Source: Lobosporangium transversale (Eukaryota). Taken from it: a stretch of 64,000 bases of DNA. Shown one piece after another: positions 22,661 through 35,400 of this stretch. The stretch lies in NCBI RefSeq assembly GCF_002105155.1, contig NW_019028994.1, positions 1-64,000 on the forward strand, given 5' to 3'. The notes under the pieces were generated by a model. It had not been told where the DNA came from and made no database searches. It was given only the letters and a program-made list of their open reading frames with translations. A program made the translations under genes and the position numbers. The first letter of the stretch is position 1; each line of letters starts with the position of its first letter.

Positions 22661-23394
22661 GTTGAAGAGAGAGGGAGGGACAAGTAGTACACGGAAGAAA
22701 AAAAGAGCTAATTGTTGTGAAATGAATCAAAAGAAAATCTATTTGCCACCATGTAGGAGACGCTGGCTGCAACTTGTAAGGAACATCAGCAGCCTGAGTG
22801 GCTTATGCACAATGCACGACATTTTTTTAAGTTGATACACGCTCCAAGGATGACAATCAGAAGCAATTGTCCCTTATTAAGGTTATTTTGTTTTCTGAGC
22901 ATTATTCCAAACCAGACAGTTTGATGATTTGACTTCAACGCAAGCAAAGCGCAAGGGATATCTGTTTACTTATTGAGTGATGCATCTAGAGAGGAGCCGC
23001 TGCACAGCACTACTTGGTTTTTTTTATTAAGCATATGTTTGCTATTGAGCTATCTACATCTTACCTGGCTACTATCTTAAGCTATATAAGGCCAGACTCT
23101 TAGCCACCTTGGAAAGTACTTTCCTTTGTCACTATCGAAAAGTCTCTCCAAGATGTTGTCCGGAGCACACCACGTGGAGGTGGTCTGGCATCGTGCTCCG
23201 ATAGGTCAGGCCCCATGGCCTTGCAAACGCCCGCACACACACCCATTAACCCATTTACCCATTTACCCGTTTACCCATTCCCGCCCAGCCGAAGGGGCTC
23301 CACCATCGCATAGCTCATTCAAGAACCAGCGTAGGTATATGCCCATTCGGACTCTTGGATATGCATTATTGCTATATTAAAGTGTTTTGTGTTA

Positions 23395-23830
23395 GTAGGT
23401 TTTTTTTGTTTTGTTTTGTTTTGTTTTTTTTTTTTTTTTGTTCTCTTTTAGTTTTTCATCGTCTTTTGAACTTTTTTTTATAGACACATATCTTTTGTGT
23501 ATTTTTTTATTGTCTTTTTTCTTGTTTTGTTTTCTTTACTTTTGTTTTTCTGAATATTTATGTATCTTTTTTCTTTTTTTCTTTTCTTTTCTTTTTTTTT
23601 TTGTTCTTTGTTCTTTATTCTTTGTTCTTTGTTTTTTTTTTTTGATTTTTGATTTTTGAATTTTTTTTGCTTTTTTGTTTTTTGTTTCTTTTTTTGTTTC
23701 TTTTTTTGTTTCTTTGTTTTCTTTTTTTTTTTTTGTTCTTTTTTGTTCTTTTTTTGTTCTTTTTTTTTGTTTTGTTTTCTTTTTTTTTTTTTTTTTGTGT
23801 GTTTCTTTTGGTAGGTGTTTGTTTTTGTCT
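23395..23830. repeat. Low-complexity T-rich tract (mirror A-rich tract ~26394-26829)
   Basis: About 430 bp of T runs punctuated by g/c (e.g. ttttttgttc units). Confidence 0.9.
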
Positions 23831-24008
23831 TGATGGGTCTCGTTTGACTTTTCTTTAGTTTCATACTTCAGTTGGTGGCGTCAGCCTTTGGGTACCAGTG
23901 CCTCCTAGAGCACACCGTGAAGAGATGGCTCGGTCATCATGCCCTGGGGCTGCTTGAGGCTGTCAGGTTGTTCTGGGAGGGCTTTCAAGTGAAGCAGTCG
24001 GGTCGCTT

Positions 24009-24230
24009 TAGCGAGGCCGTTTGAGCGAGGCCGTTTGAGCGAGGCCGTTTGAGCGAGGCCGTTTGAGCGAGGCCGTTTGAGCGAGGCCGTTTGAGCGAGG
24101 CCGTTTGAGTGAGGCCGTTCGAGTGGAGTGCGACTATGCGAGTGCGACTGTTTGAGTACGGCTGTTTGAGCGAGGCCGTTCAAGTGCGGCTGTTTGAGTG
24201 GGGTCGTTTGAGTGGGGCTGTTCGAATGTG
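24009..24230. repeat. 14-bp minisatellite (gagcgaggccgttt)n in the left arm; mirror copy at ~25994-26215
   Basis: About 7 near-perfect copies at 24009-24106, followed by progressively degenerate copies. Confidence 0.92.
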
Positions 24231-25016
24231 GCAGCATGGCCGTGACTTAGACTCGAGCTATGAAGCTCAAGCTGGCTTAGATGGATCTGCACCGTTTAGA
24301 GTCTAATCGTGAAATGAAAAGAGAGAGAGACAGACAGAAGAACAAAAATCAGAACAAGAACAGTGCAGCATAGACTGAGGAAGCTAAGAAACTCAGTAGG
24401 GGTGTGTGTTTAGAGAGTGTTGCTTACCTTTCATCTTGGTCAGGAGGCCGATGGTCGGGGAGACCGAGGAGAAAAGAAAAAAAAAAAGAAGAGAGTCAAA
24501 ATTGGTCCTTTTATTTTCTTTTTCTTTTTTTTTAACAATAAAAAAAAAAGCTTGACATGTGCTGAGTGACTTCTGAAAGCGCAATATCAAAGTAATGGAT
24601 ATAATAAATATATACATGTAGCTTGCTTGTTGTACGCTCAAGAGTGACCAATAAGAATATAGAAATACAAAGAAAAAAAAGCGGCATTGCGGCTATCTAC
24701 GCGTTTTTTACGTCATTCATTTTATTTCACATGAAGAATGGGAAAGCTCTCACGGCTGGAGGTGGGAAAACAACTGTCTTCAAGCTCTGCAAGCTCATGC
24801 AAGCAGCATTCGAACCCCAACTGCTCTTGAACTATTTACTCCTGTTAGTAAAGCTGGTTTTCTTTATTCCCTTCGCCTATTCTTTCTCTTCACTCCTGAC
24901 AAGAGGTGGGATAGACTATTGTGGGAACTCTACCGCAGCAGGCTGCCTTTTTTCGAGAACGTGATAGAAAATAACACATGACAATCCTCAGAATACCTCT
25001 GCGCCTTTTTTTTTTT

Positions 25017-25049
<33 letters not shown>

Positions 25050-25235
25050 ATCCAATGCAATACAATGTAAAATAAATATACAATATAATTCAGGACATTA
25101 TAGTTGATCAGGGTGTGCATTTGTGATTTCTTTATTTGAAGGTGAAACCAAGTATTAACATTTGTATGTGGACCAATAAAAAGCACACAAGTGCCGGAAA
25201 TATGACATGTCTCACTTTTATCGCGTTCTGAATAG

Positions 25236-25268
<33 letters not shown>

Positions 25269-28151
25269 GAGCTGAATACAGCCTGCTGAAGCACAGTTCC
25301 CACAATAGTCTATCCCACCTCTTGTCAGGAGTGAAGAGAAAGAATAGGCGAAGGGAATAAAGAAAACCAGCTTTACTAACAGGAGTAAATAGTTCAAGAG
25401 CAGTTGGGGTTCGAATGCTGCTTGCATGAGCTTGCAGAGCTTGAAGACAGTTGTTTTCCCACCTCCAGCCGTGAGAGCTTTCCCATTCTTCATGTGAAAT
25501 AAAATGAATGACGTAAAAAACGCGTAGATAGCCGCAATGCCGCTTTTTTTTCTTTGTATTTCTATATTCTTATTGGTCACTCTTGAGCGTACAACAAGCA
25601 AGCTACATGTATATATTTATTATATCCATTACTTTGATATTGCGCTTTCAGAAGTCACTCAGCACATGTCAAGCTTTTTTTTTTATTGTTAAAAAAAAAG
25701 AAAAAGAAAATAAAAGGACCAATTTTGACTCTCTTCTTTTTTTTTTTCTTTTCTCCTCGGTCTCCCCGACCATCGGCCTCCTGACCAAGATGAAAGGTAA
25801 GCAACACTCTCTAAACACACACCCCTACTGAGTTTCTTAGCTTCCTCAGTCTATGCTGCACTGTTCTTGTTCTGATTTTTGTTCTTCTGTCTGTCTCTCT
25901 CTCTTTTCATTTCACGATTAGACTCTAAACGGTGCAGATCCATCTAAGCCAGCTTGAGCTTCATAGCTCGAGTCTAAGTCACGGCCATGCTGCCACATTC
26001 GAACAGCCCCACTCAAACGACCCCACTCAAACAGCCGCACTTGAACGGCCTCGCTCAAACAGCCGTACTCAAACAGTCGCACTCGCATAGTCGCACTCCA
26101 CTCGAACGGCCTCACTCAAACGGCCTCGCTCAAACGGCCTCGCTCAAACGGCCTCGCTCAAACGGCCTCGCTCAAACGGCCTCGCTCAAACGGCCTCGCT
26201 CAAACGGCCTCGCTAAAGCGACCCGACTGCTTCACTTGAAAGCCCTCCCAGAACAACCTGACAGCCTCAAGCAGCCCCAGGGCATGATGACCGAGCCATC
26301 TCTTCACGGTGTGCTCTAGGAGGCACTGGTACCCAAAGGCTGACGCCACCAACTGAAGTATGAAACTAAAGAAAAGTCAAACGAGACCCATCAAGACAAA
26401 AACAAACACCTACCAAAAGAAACACACAAAAAAAAAAAAAAAAAGAAAACAAAACAAAAAAAAAGAACAAAAAAAGAACAAAAAAGAACAAAAAAAAAAA
26501 AAGAAAACAAAGAAACAAAAAAAGAAACAAAAAAAGAAACAAAAAACAAAAAAGCAAAAAAAATTCAAAAATCAAAAATCAAAAAAAAAAAACAAAGAAC
26601 AAAGAATAAAGAACAAAGAACAAAAAAAAAAAGAAAAGAAAAGAAAAAAAGAAAAAAGATACATAAATATTCAGAAAAACAAAAGTAAAGAAAACAAAAC
26701 AAGAAAAAAGACAATAAAAAAATACACAAAAGATATGTGTCTATAAAAAAAAGTTCAAAAGACGATGAAAAACTAAAAGAGAACAAAAAAAAAAAAAAAA
26801 CAAAACAAAACAAAACAAAAAAAACCTACTAACACAAAACACTTTAATATAGCAATAATGCATATCCAAGAGTCCGAATGGGCATATACCTACGCTGGTT
26901 CTTGAATGAGCTATGCGATGGTGGAGCCCCTTCGGCTGGGCGGGAATGGGTAAACGGGTAAATGGGTAAATGGGTTAATGGGTGTGTGTGCGGGCGTTTG
27001 CAAGGCCATGGGGCCTGACCTATCGGAGCACGATGCCAGACCACCTCCACGTGGTGTGCTCCGGACAACATCTTGGAGAGACTTTTCGATAGTGACAAAG
27101 GAAAGTACTTTCCAAGGTGGCTAAGAGTCTGGCCTTATATAGCTTAAGATAGTAGCCAGGTAAGATGTAGATAGCTCAATAGCAAACATATGCTTAATAA
27201 AAAAAACCAAGTAGTGCTGTGCAGCGGCTCCTCTCTAGATGCATCACTCAATAAGTAAACAGATATCCCTTGCGCTTTGCTCGTGTCGATCGTGCTTAAG
27301 GGAAGATGCCATTCTTGGGAAAAAAGAGAGCTACACAGGCAAGGGTGTCGAATTATTATTCGGATCTCAGTGACCTTGAATGTCCTTGTCCTTATTCTCT
27401 CCAAGGACTGGGTTATCTTCGCCTATCTATTCTCCTCTCCAACAAAACACTTTCCAGAAAGACATTAATAGCGTATACGCCCTTTATGTTTTGATCAAGG
27501 CGCTGTCGACCTAATGTTTCCAGGAACACTCGCAATTGCTCACTGAATACACCTGAACCTTTAATTTCATTTCATTATTCCATTTTTGAAGCGATGGCTG
27601 CTACGTGTTCCACGCGTCTCACACCTTCATCTGTCATATACGCTTCGTCTATCAAGCACCCTCGCCCTGTTTATAGCTTTCTGAACCATCCGACACCATT
27701 TCTCAGTCGGGATCTACATCAGGCGTGCAACATATGGGCCATGCAACACACCATCCGAGTTATTGCATACCGAGGCTTGGGAGTGCGTCTCAAGGGCACT
27801 TCCATTTAAAAGATTAGAATATTGTGCGAAGGCTATGGTGGGGCTTTATAAACGGCTTCCGCCCGGTAACAATAGTAAAACAACTTCTTAGTCTCCTTGA
27901 CTATCAGTCACCAAACATTTCGCGAATTACAAAACCAATGAGCGGCGGAAGATATGAGGCTGTATGACAAGATTTACAGCTCACCCCTATCGATGAGTAC
28001 ACTGCACCATATAGACCCATATAGCGTATACGATGAATTAATTTACCACTCACGTGGGGCAGACGATATTGTTGGTTTTAGTTTTAGTCACGTGTAGAGG
28101 GTTCGCCACCAACTATTTAACGAGCAACAGCTCAGGAAAATCTGGCTCCTT

Positions 28152-28302
28152 GTTCCTTATTTTTACACAAGAGCCATTTGAGTACTGACTGTTCTCGTCC
28201 AGGTAAAGAGCCCTCACAACGTTCGTCGTCAGTAGCCATAGATCATTAAAGGTTCCTTATTTTTACACAAGAGCCATTTGAGTACTGACTGTTCTCGTCC
28301 AG
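28152..28302. repeat. 51-bp perfect direct repeat (28152-28202 and 28252-28302)
   Basis: gttccttatttttacacaagagccatttgagtactgactgttctcgtccag occurs twice, offset by 100 bp. Confidence 0.95.
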
Positions 28303-29431
28303 TCTTTGAGTAGTGTGTGTGTTCTTTTATTGTGTTAGAATTATTTATCTATCTGCAGCTGGAAGTGACCGGCTTCATAATCCACCAAAACGACCTAAAT
28401 CTCCTACCACATCTGCCCCTAAATTTTGCAACAATATCTTATAGTATATAAGATGTCGTCTGTCCAGAAATAAAGACCCCTCTCTTTGTCCTATTGAACT
28501 TTGGTTCCATATACATAGTAAGCTATATCAATTAGGTTAAAACATTGCATACACTTCGATTGACTTTCTTGAACAGGAGAAGAGGAGGGAAGAAGGAAAG
28601 GCAGCAAGAACTGAGATTGCTTCCAAAGTTGGCTATACCGATTGCATGAACACAGGTTGTTTTTCTTAATGCGGGTGAATTTGTCCTACTTTAGAGGGTT
28701 ACAAGCTGGAGCTGTCCCGGATACAAGAGACATTGGTCTCTCAGTTACACCAAGCTTAAATCATCAAGTTGCTGCTGAGCTCAATTTCACTACCAACCTA
28801 CATTGAATCACAATCTCCTTCATAAAAAGCATGTGTACCATGCTGAAGAAGCTTTATACTTTTGCTCTGAAACCAGTTAGAGAAAGTATAAATATTGGTA
28901 TGAATCTCGTGCACGAACAGGCCGCAAACCTGCTAGACCCTACTCCGATACATAGTCTCTATTTGACCCCCGTTTACTAAGAGACCGGTAATGATTAGTG
29001 ACATTATCCTTCCTATGCTAGCAGCTCTCTATTATGTGTAATCAATCTTTTTATTGGTACTCGAGATTTTAGAACTAGACTAAAATAAATAAATAGCATA
29101 TGATGCCGTAATCCTCATCTTTCTTTTTTGATGTGGTAGAAAAATGAATGGGTGTGGTGGGGCAAGAGAGAGTCGCTAGCTCGGATAATGGACGCAAAGA
29201 CGTCCTTTGTCGTCTTAGTATTGCATGATCATACATATAATCGACTGCAGCGAGTGGAATATAGACATCAATGGTAATAGCCCAAGAGCAAGCTGAGGCT
29301 GCCTGAGATAGTGAACCTTACCAAAGATACTGAAAGCGTGTTATTTAGCAAAAGATAGGGAGCGACTAAAATATATTTAGTAGTAAATGGGTTTAAGCAT
29401 ATATATTTATTATGAACGTTAGAGGTTTAAA

Positions 29432-32400
29432 CTAAGTCGCTACAAAGCTGAAGTATTGGCGTAAAGCATCCGCAAGGGTCTCGGGAAGACTGTTGATGTT
29501 CTGCAGGACCACGTAGTAGTCAAATGGGAAGGTTTCAAGATATGGGTTCAACGACAGCTTAGGCACACCATTAACGGTTGTGAAGCTAGCAGTTGTCATT
29601 TTCATAATCGACTCCTTCTCAGGCTTATTGTCCAGGATAATGAAGATCAGCATGATTTGGTGCTCAGCTGCCTGGCGGACTAACGCCTTAAGTGTGTCAT
29701 CATGGTTATCGCAAATTCCATCTGAAATAATAATTTGAAGTTGCCACAGCTCTTGAGATCGTGCTGCTCCAGATTGATTCATCTTGGCATGCTGTAACAG
29801 TGCAATTGAGGCTTCCATCATCTCCTTGACTTTGGTCTTGTGTTGATCAAATCCAAATCGCTGCAGAACCTTTGCTCCGGCCTCTCCTGTGAAGGGTTGG
29901 TCAAATGGATGGAGCAATTCAACCCGCTCTCCAAAACTCATAATGCCAATCTCCCCAACTTCCAGCTGTGAAAGCGCTTTAGAGATCAAGGCTAGCGACT
30001 CGTAAGCTAGTTGAACAGAGCGAGATTCGGACATGGAGGTAGAGTCATCAATGGCAATCATGACCTGATACTGCCGCTTCGAGGGTTTTGTACGGCGAAG
30101 CCAGATCTTGTCCTTCTTGAACTGCGAAGCAATGTAGGGGATGATCTTTTTCATGTTTAGGCGCTTTCCAGTCCTATAATCGCCCTTCAGTTTGGTTGCC
30201 TGTGTAGGCTCCAGGATCAATCGTAATTGCTCACAGAGACCAAGAGCAAGATCCTGAGTCAAATTGTCGTATTTTTGCCAAAGTGCTTGAGCCTCTTTGG
30301 GATCCCGTCCTCCTGATCTCCAATCGCCAAGAGAGGTTTCCAGCTGCTGACGAAGCGCCTCAATCTCCTCAGGCTTGAGTGGTTCATGGACGGCAGCAGC
30401 CTTATCGGCTTCTTCACGCTTCCTCTGCTCCTCTTCATCGTCATCATTCTCTTGATCCTTCTTGCGCTTGTCCATGCGCTGAGAGAAAAAAGCACCTGCC
30501 GCATTCTCAGGGTTGGTCTGCTCCATGACATCCTCATCCAGCTTAGGCTTCTGCTCCTCAGGGCCTTGGTCCATGTCCACATCTTCGTCTTTAGGGTCAA
30601 CATCCATATCTGCAAATTGATCCTCTTTTCCGTCGTCTTTCTTCATTTGTTCCTCATCAATGGCCCCTAAATCCTTGCGGTCTTGCATTTGCTGCTCATT
30701 TGCATTGCCCATAGTCTCCATGTCATACGCCTCATCATCATTTTGAAGGTATTCAAATGCCTGGTTTTCATCGACTTCCATCTCCTCACCTTCCTTTTCG
30801 GCATTCTCATCCTCCTTAGGCGTTTCCTCCGCTTCCCTTTCATCCTTTTCCTCCTCTTCAGGATCAGCAAGGTCTTGCAACTTTTGTTTCCAGTTTTTAA
30901 GCGCCTCAGCCAAGGATCGATGGGGATTTGTCTCCGGCTTCTTGAAGTTATCTTTTTCTTGTTCATTTGAGGGGCGATTTTTCTTTTGTGAGTTATCACC
31001 ACGGTCCCGAGGCTTATTCTGTTGATCCTGTTGATCCTCCATAGTTGGATCAGTTCTAGAAGATGATGTAGGCGCACTCTCCATCGAGCGTTGGCTGTCA
31101 GCTTCAGCCTTAGGATTCTCACTTGAGTTAGCCTTGCCCTGTTCACCCTCAACTCCAAACTCTTGTTTGGCCTCAGCATCTTGATCGGGCTGTTCTTCCT
31201 GCTCTGAAGACTTCACTTCATCGCCTTCTTCATTTTCTTCGTCTTCCTCCTGCTTCTGTTCCTCCATCTTTGAGCGAGCTTGTTCGTTAGGTCGTTGACG
31301 TGAGTCATCACGGGATGCTTCATCGTCCTCTTCTTCCTGCTCTTTCTCTTCGCCATCTTCCACCTCTTCATCGTTAACAATAGGCTCTGCCATCTCTTCG
31401 TCCTCATCGTTGTCAAGACCCTTCATCTCCTCATCTTCCATCTTCTCTCCTGAAGCAGTTTCTTCATCTTCCCTACCATCATCTTCATCCTCATCCTCAT
31501 CCCTACCTCCTTCATCTTTCTTGTTTTTAGGATCCTGTTGCTCTTCAACATCCATCTGGTCTTGAAAAGGCTCTTCATCAAGACCTTCATCATTGTCGTC
31601 TTCTTCTTTTTCATTACCATCCAAATTTAGATCATCAGGTAAATCCAATGTCTCTGCTTCTGGGATCTCAACTTGTTGTTGATCATCCGGTCGATGTTCG
31701 GCTGTCTCCTCCTCATTATGGTCTTCGAACTCTTCTTCTTCAGCTTCATCGTCTTCTTCTGCTTCTTGGTCCTTCCTTTCTTCATCACCACCTTCTTGGG
31801 TTTCAGCCTCTTGATTATCATCTTTACCTTTCTCCTTCTTTTCTTTCTTATTCTTTTTATCATTGATATCTTGCTTGCCAGAGTCCTCCTCATCCTTGGC
31901 AACCATATCAGATTCCTGCTCATTCTGTTCTGTTGATTTATCTTCATCAATCATCTTGTCGTTATCACGAGCATCCTCAGCTTCATCATCTCCCCACATC
32001 TTTTCATCAATGGCTTCTGGATTATCGTCGTCGACATCGCCAATAGCCTCGTCAGGCTCTTCTTTATCTTCATCGTCCTCGTCATCCTCGTTATCATCTT
32101 GATCTGAGGAAGGCTCAACGTCCTCCAAGTTGCCTTCAAAGTCGTTCTCCATTTCAATACCTTTGTCCTCTTCTTGAGTCTCTTTCTTATCCTGGTCCTC
32201 TTGCTTCTTCTCGTTCTGAGTACCAAGAACCTGCTCTTCATCCTCAATTTCATCACTAACATCCTTCCCACCTTCACCCTCACCAATACCCGTGCCTGCA
32301 ACACCTGTTTCCTCTTCACCTTCTTTCATCTCTTGCTCCATCTCTGGAATACAAAAGCCCTTGCTGAAAAGAATCGAGAAGGTATTGCAAAGGACATAGG

Positions 32401-35400
32401 TCAATTTGTTAATAGTCTTATGGTACTGGACAAAGTGGAACAAGTGGTGTTGAGCTAGGAAGAGATATTGTTCGATAAATGGATAGAGTTCCTGGAGACG
32501 CATTGTAATGAAAGCCTCGGCCGCTGCTGCTGCTGCTGCTGCTGCTGCACCTGGAACGCGAATGGCTTGATGAATCTTTTGGCTGATCGAGCGGGTTTTC
32601 TTGATCATTGATTCCATTTGAAGGATGCGGTGCATGGTCGTCAGCTTCTTATTCTCAGACGTGATGAACTTTTCAGGCATACCGTATTGATCCTTCTCTT
32701 CCTCGTCCTCCTTTTCGCTATTTTCACTCATACCAACTGTATTATTGGAAGAGAGAGTTCCAACAGCAGCTACAGCTTTGGTCTTTTTACTAATATCTTG
32801 GACCCGTAGAAGCACGAAGGTAATACATCCATCAATCTCGTCATTGATTTCTTGAACAAGTTTTTGCATGGACACAGTACCCTGGAATGATAGATTAGAG
32901 GGATCGATGGTGGTAGTAGAGAATGACCATTGGCGAGGAAAAGATTCGGTGATCTGACACAGCAGAGGATCTAGGACACTTTGCGCTTCTGGCATCTCTT
33001 TGAGAAGGGAGACGAGAATATGCTCGATCTCGTGAACAGCATCCAAGCTTTGCGATAAGGTCTCCAGGATCAAGCCTGACAAAATTGGAGAGACCCCTCC
33101 AGTCATAACAGGGGTTAGATACCATCGGTCAACGACCTTATCTAAAGAATGTTTGAGTGACTTTGTCTTGACCAAAGCAGCTTGAGCATTGACCAAAAAT
33201 TGGTTACGACCAGGAGTTGTGGAGTGACGAGCAGTTGCCTCAAGTACTAACATGGCGTCTACAAAAAGATCATAAAGCTTGTCGAGCGCAACCTTATGAT
33301 AGATGAGTGTATGGGGACCATGAACATCGAGCGAGACAGTCTTGCCCTTGGGGAGAGCAAAGATACCTTGGAACTGTGAGGTTACTCCACGGAGTATGTC
33401 CATAGAGGCCTTCATGGACCGCAGCTCCTGGCGCTGTTCAATTACCAAGTTGACAAGATGCTCAGTATATCCACGACTCTTCTCGGCCTCGACAATGGTG
33501 ATGTCCTTGGGGGGCTGCTGCGACAGACTACGGAGTTGCATCATGCGGCCCACAATTTTGTAAAAATAATCATCAGACCTCTTCCACAGTTGAGCCACCT
33601 GTGAACCCGCAGGGACAATTTTGTCATTTAATTTAGCTTGCGCCTCAATATCCTGGATCTCAGTGGGAGGCAAATGGAAAACATAACCCAATAGATCTTC
33701 CTCAAGACGAACCATGCGGTGACGGTTCAACCCCAAACGTTGTAGCAGTTTGAGTAGATCAACAAGTGCACGCTTGCGGATCGTCTTCATGTTTTTGAGC
33801 TGAGACTTATTCTCTTCTGTCATTTTAGATGGAGTTTCTTTTTGGAAATCTTCGATCTGTTGGATGATGTCGCCAATGAGTTCCTCTAGAGGCGCACTCT
33901 CTGAGCTTGACATTACTACATTTTTGGCCATGATTTTCTTCAAGCGATTAAAAGTAGAAGGTAAGTTGAGAAGCGCCTCACTGGGACTTAGTGTAATTGA
34001 CTGCTGAAGCAGTTGTCGAATAGGCTCTGAGATATCTGTTACCATAGTTGTTTGTGTGATCCAAACATCTATGTTTGGCTGATTGACCTCAGGAGCCTGC
34101 TTCTTGTTGGCGCGGACAACAGGTGCTTCCATCTGGTAGGCTGTGATGATATCTGTGAGGGGTTTGCGGAGAATATCTCTGTACTTTCGGAGCAGCTTGT
34201 TGAGACGACGATGGGTCTTTAGAGCACTTGCCTTGAGTGCATGAATGTTTGTGTCCTTCCAGCTGGCAATTTTGACATGTTCCTTCATCTCCTTCTCAAT
34301 GGGTTTCCTTGAGGTGGAGACATAGGTCTGAATGCTCTCAATAAACTGACTGTAATACTGATGAACATTCCAAATAGCGTCTGCAACCTTGGAAGCGACT
34401 GCGACGGCTGCTGTCGCGGTAACATTGTTGATGCTGCTCTCATCTTGGCTCTCCTTGAGACGCTTCTGACGCTCTGCAAATGTGAGTTCGCCTCGGATTT
34501 TAAGATGACGGTGGAAGGATTTGAGGAGATCCATACGAGGCAAGAAGTCCCCAACGCTGGAAGCCTGTAAGAACTGGTCCAAAACACCGAGAAGCGCTTT
34601 AACATGAGCAAGGACATCGACTTCGATCCCTTCATCCACCGCTAAATCCATATCTCTAGTAGGCTTTATAATCGATCCATAGAAATGGAACCACCATGAA
34701 AAGACGCTCTCAGCCTGGCTCTTGTCCTGGATTTCAAGCAACTTGGGCCAACAAGTCAACTCAAGCTGTCTCCACGAGATGATCAATGTCTTAAGTTCTT
34801 CTTGATTTTCAAGAATAGAGTATTCGCGACTAGCATTCATCTGCCAGTCCTCGGTTTTAAGCAAGAGAACTTCAATACCTGCAAGTATTTTGGCAACAGG
34901 GGAGTCTAGCGGGAAAGCCAGTAACTTGTCGCAGAATTCAATCAGAGATTCGAGGATCGCGTGTTCCGACCAGATAGAGTGGATGCTCTGGAGACGATAG
35001 CGGAGCTTCGTTAAAATAGGAATAATCCTGACAACTTCCGCCACACGCTGATCCTTGTAGAAATCATACGTGGGGTCTGACGACCAATAGTTGTTATCTT
35101 TTCCTGTCAACCATTCCTCCGTCAGAACACTCGAGAGCAGGTGTGCGCCTTGAGAAGCTGTATCGAGTTGGTGCCCAAATGAGCATTCGCTGACATCTGA
35201 CAGCTCGGAAGCACGATTGTACCAAGACCAAATTAGAAATTTGCGTTCCTGGATCGTCATAGTCGGAGTGTCTGAGCATTTGTCGAGTTCAGCTGCACTG
35301 AACAAGATCTTGTGAAGGTTGCCAATTGAGATTACATCGTGCTCATCAAACGTCTTTTCCTCAACAGCAGGTGCTTCTTTTTGTTGATGTTTGTTCTGAT

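Larger units (their letters stand above)
22943..27281. repeat. Large palindrome: inverted arms 22943-24929 and 25295-27281 (1987 bp each) with a 365-bp spacer
   Basis: Mirrored identical ORFs have coordinates summing to 50224 (e.g. 23126/27098, 23905/26319, 24623/25601). Arm ends were read directly (agcaaagcgcaagggatatct / agatatcccttgcgctttgct). Confidence 0.97.

Noticed and set aside
24009..24230. Possible CRISPR array
   Set aside because: Head-to-tail tandem repeats without unique spacers, in a eukaryotic context with no cas genes.
23905..24237. 110-aa repeat ORF (and mirror 25987-26319)
   Set aside because: Its 14-aa periodicity is the product of a 14-nt minisatellite read through all three frames, with no domain evidence.
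25397..25425. GGTTCGAAT B-box/T-loop-like motif suggesting a tRNA or SINE
   Set aside because: No cloverleaf or convincing A-box at the expected distance.
27400..29300. Possible decayed coding sequence between the palindrome and the MDN1 3' end
   Set aside because: Short broken frames with no motif I could assign.
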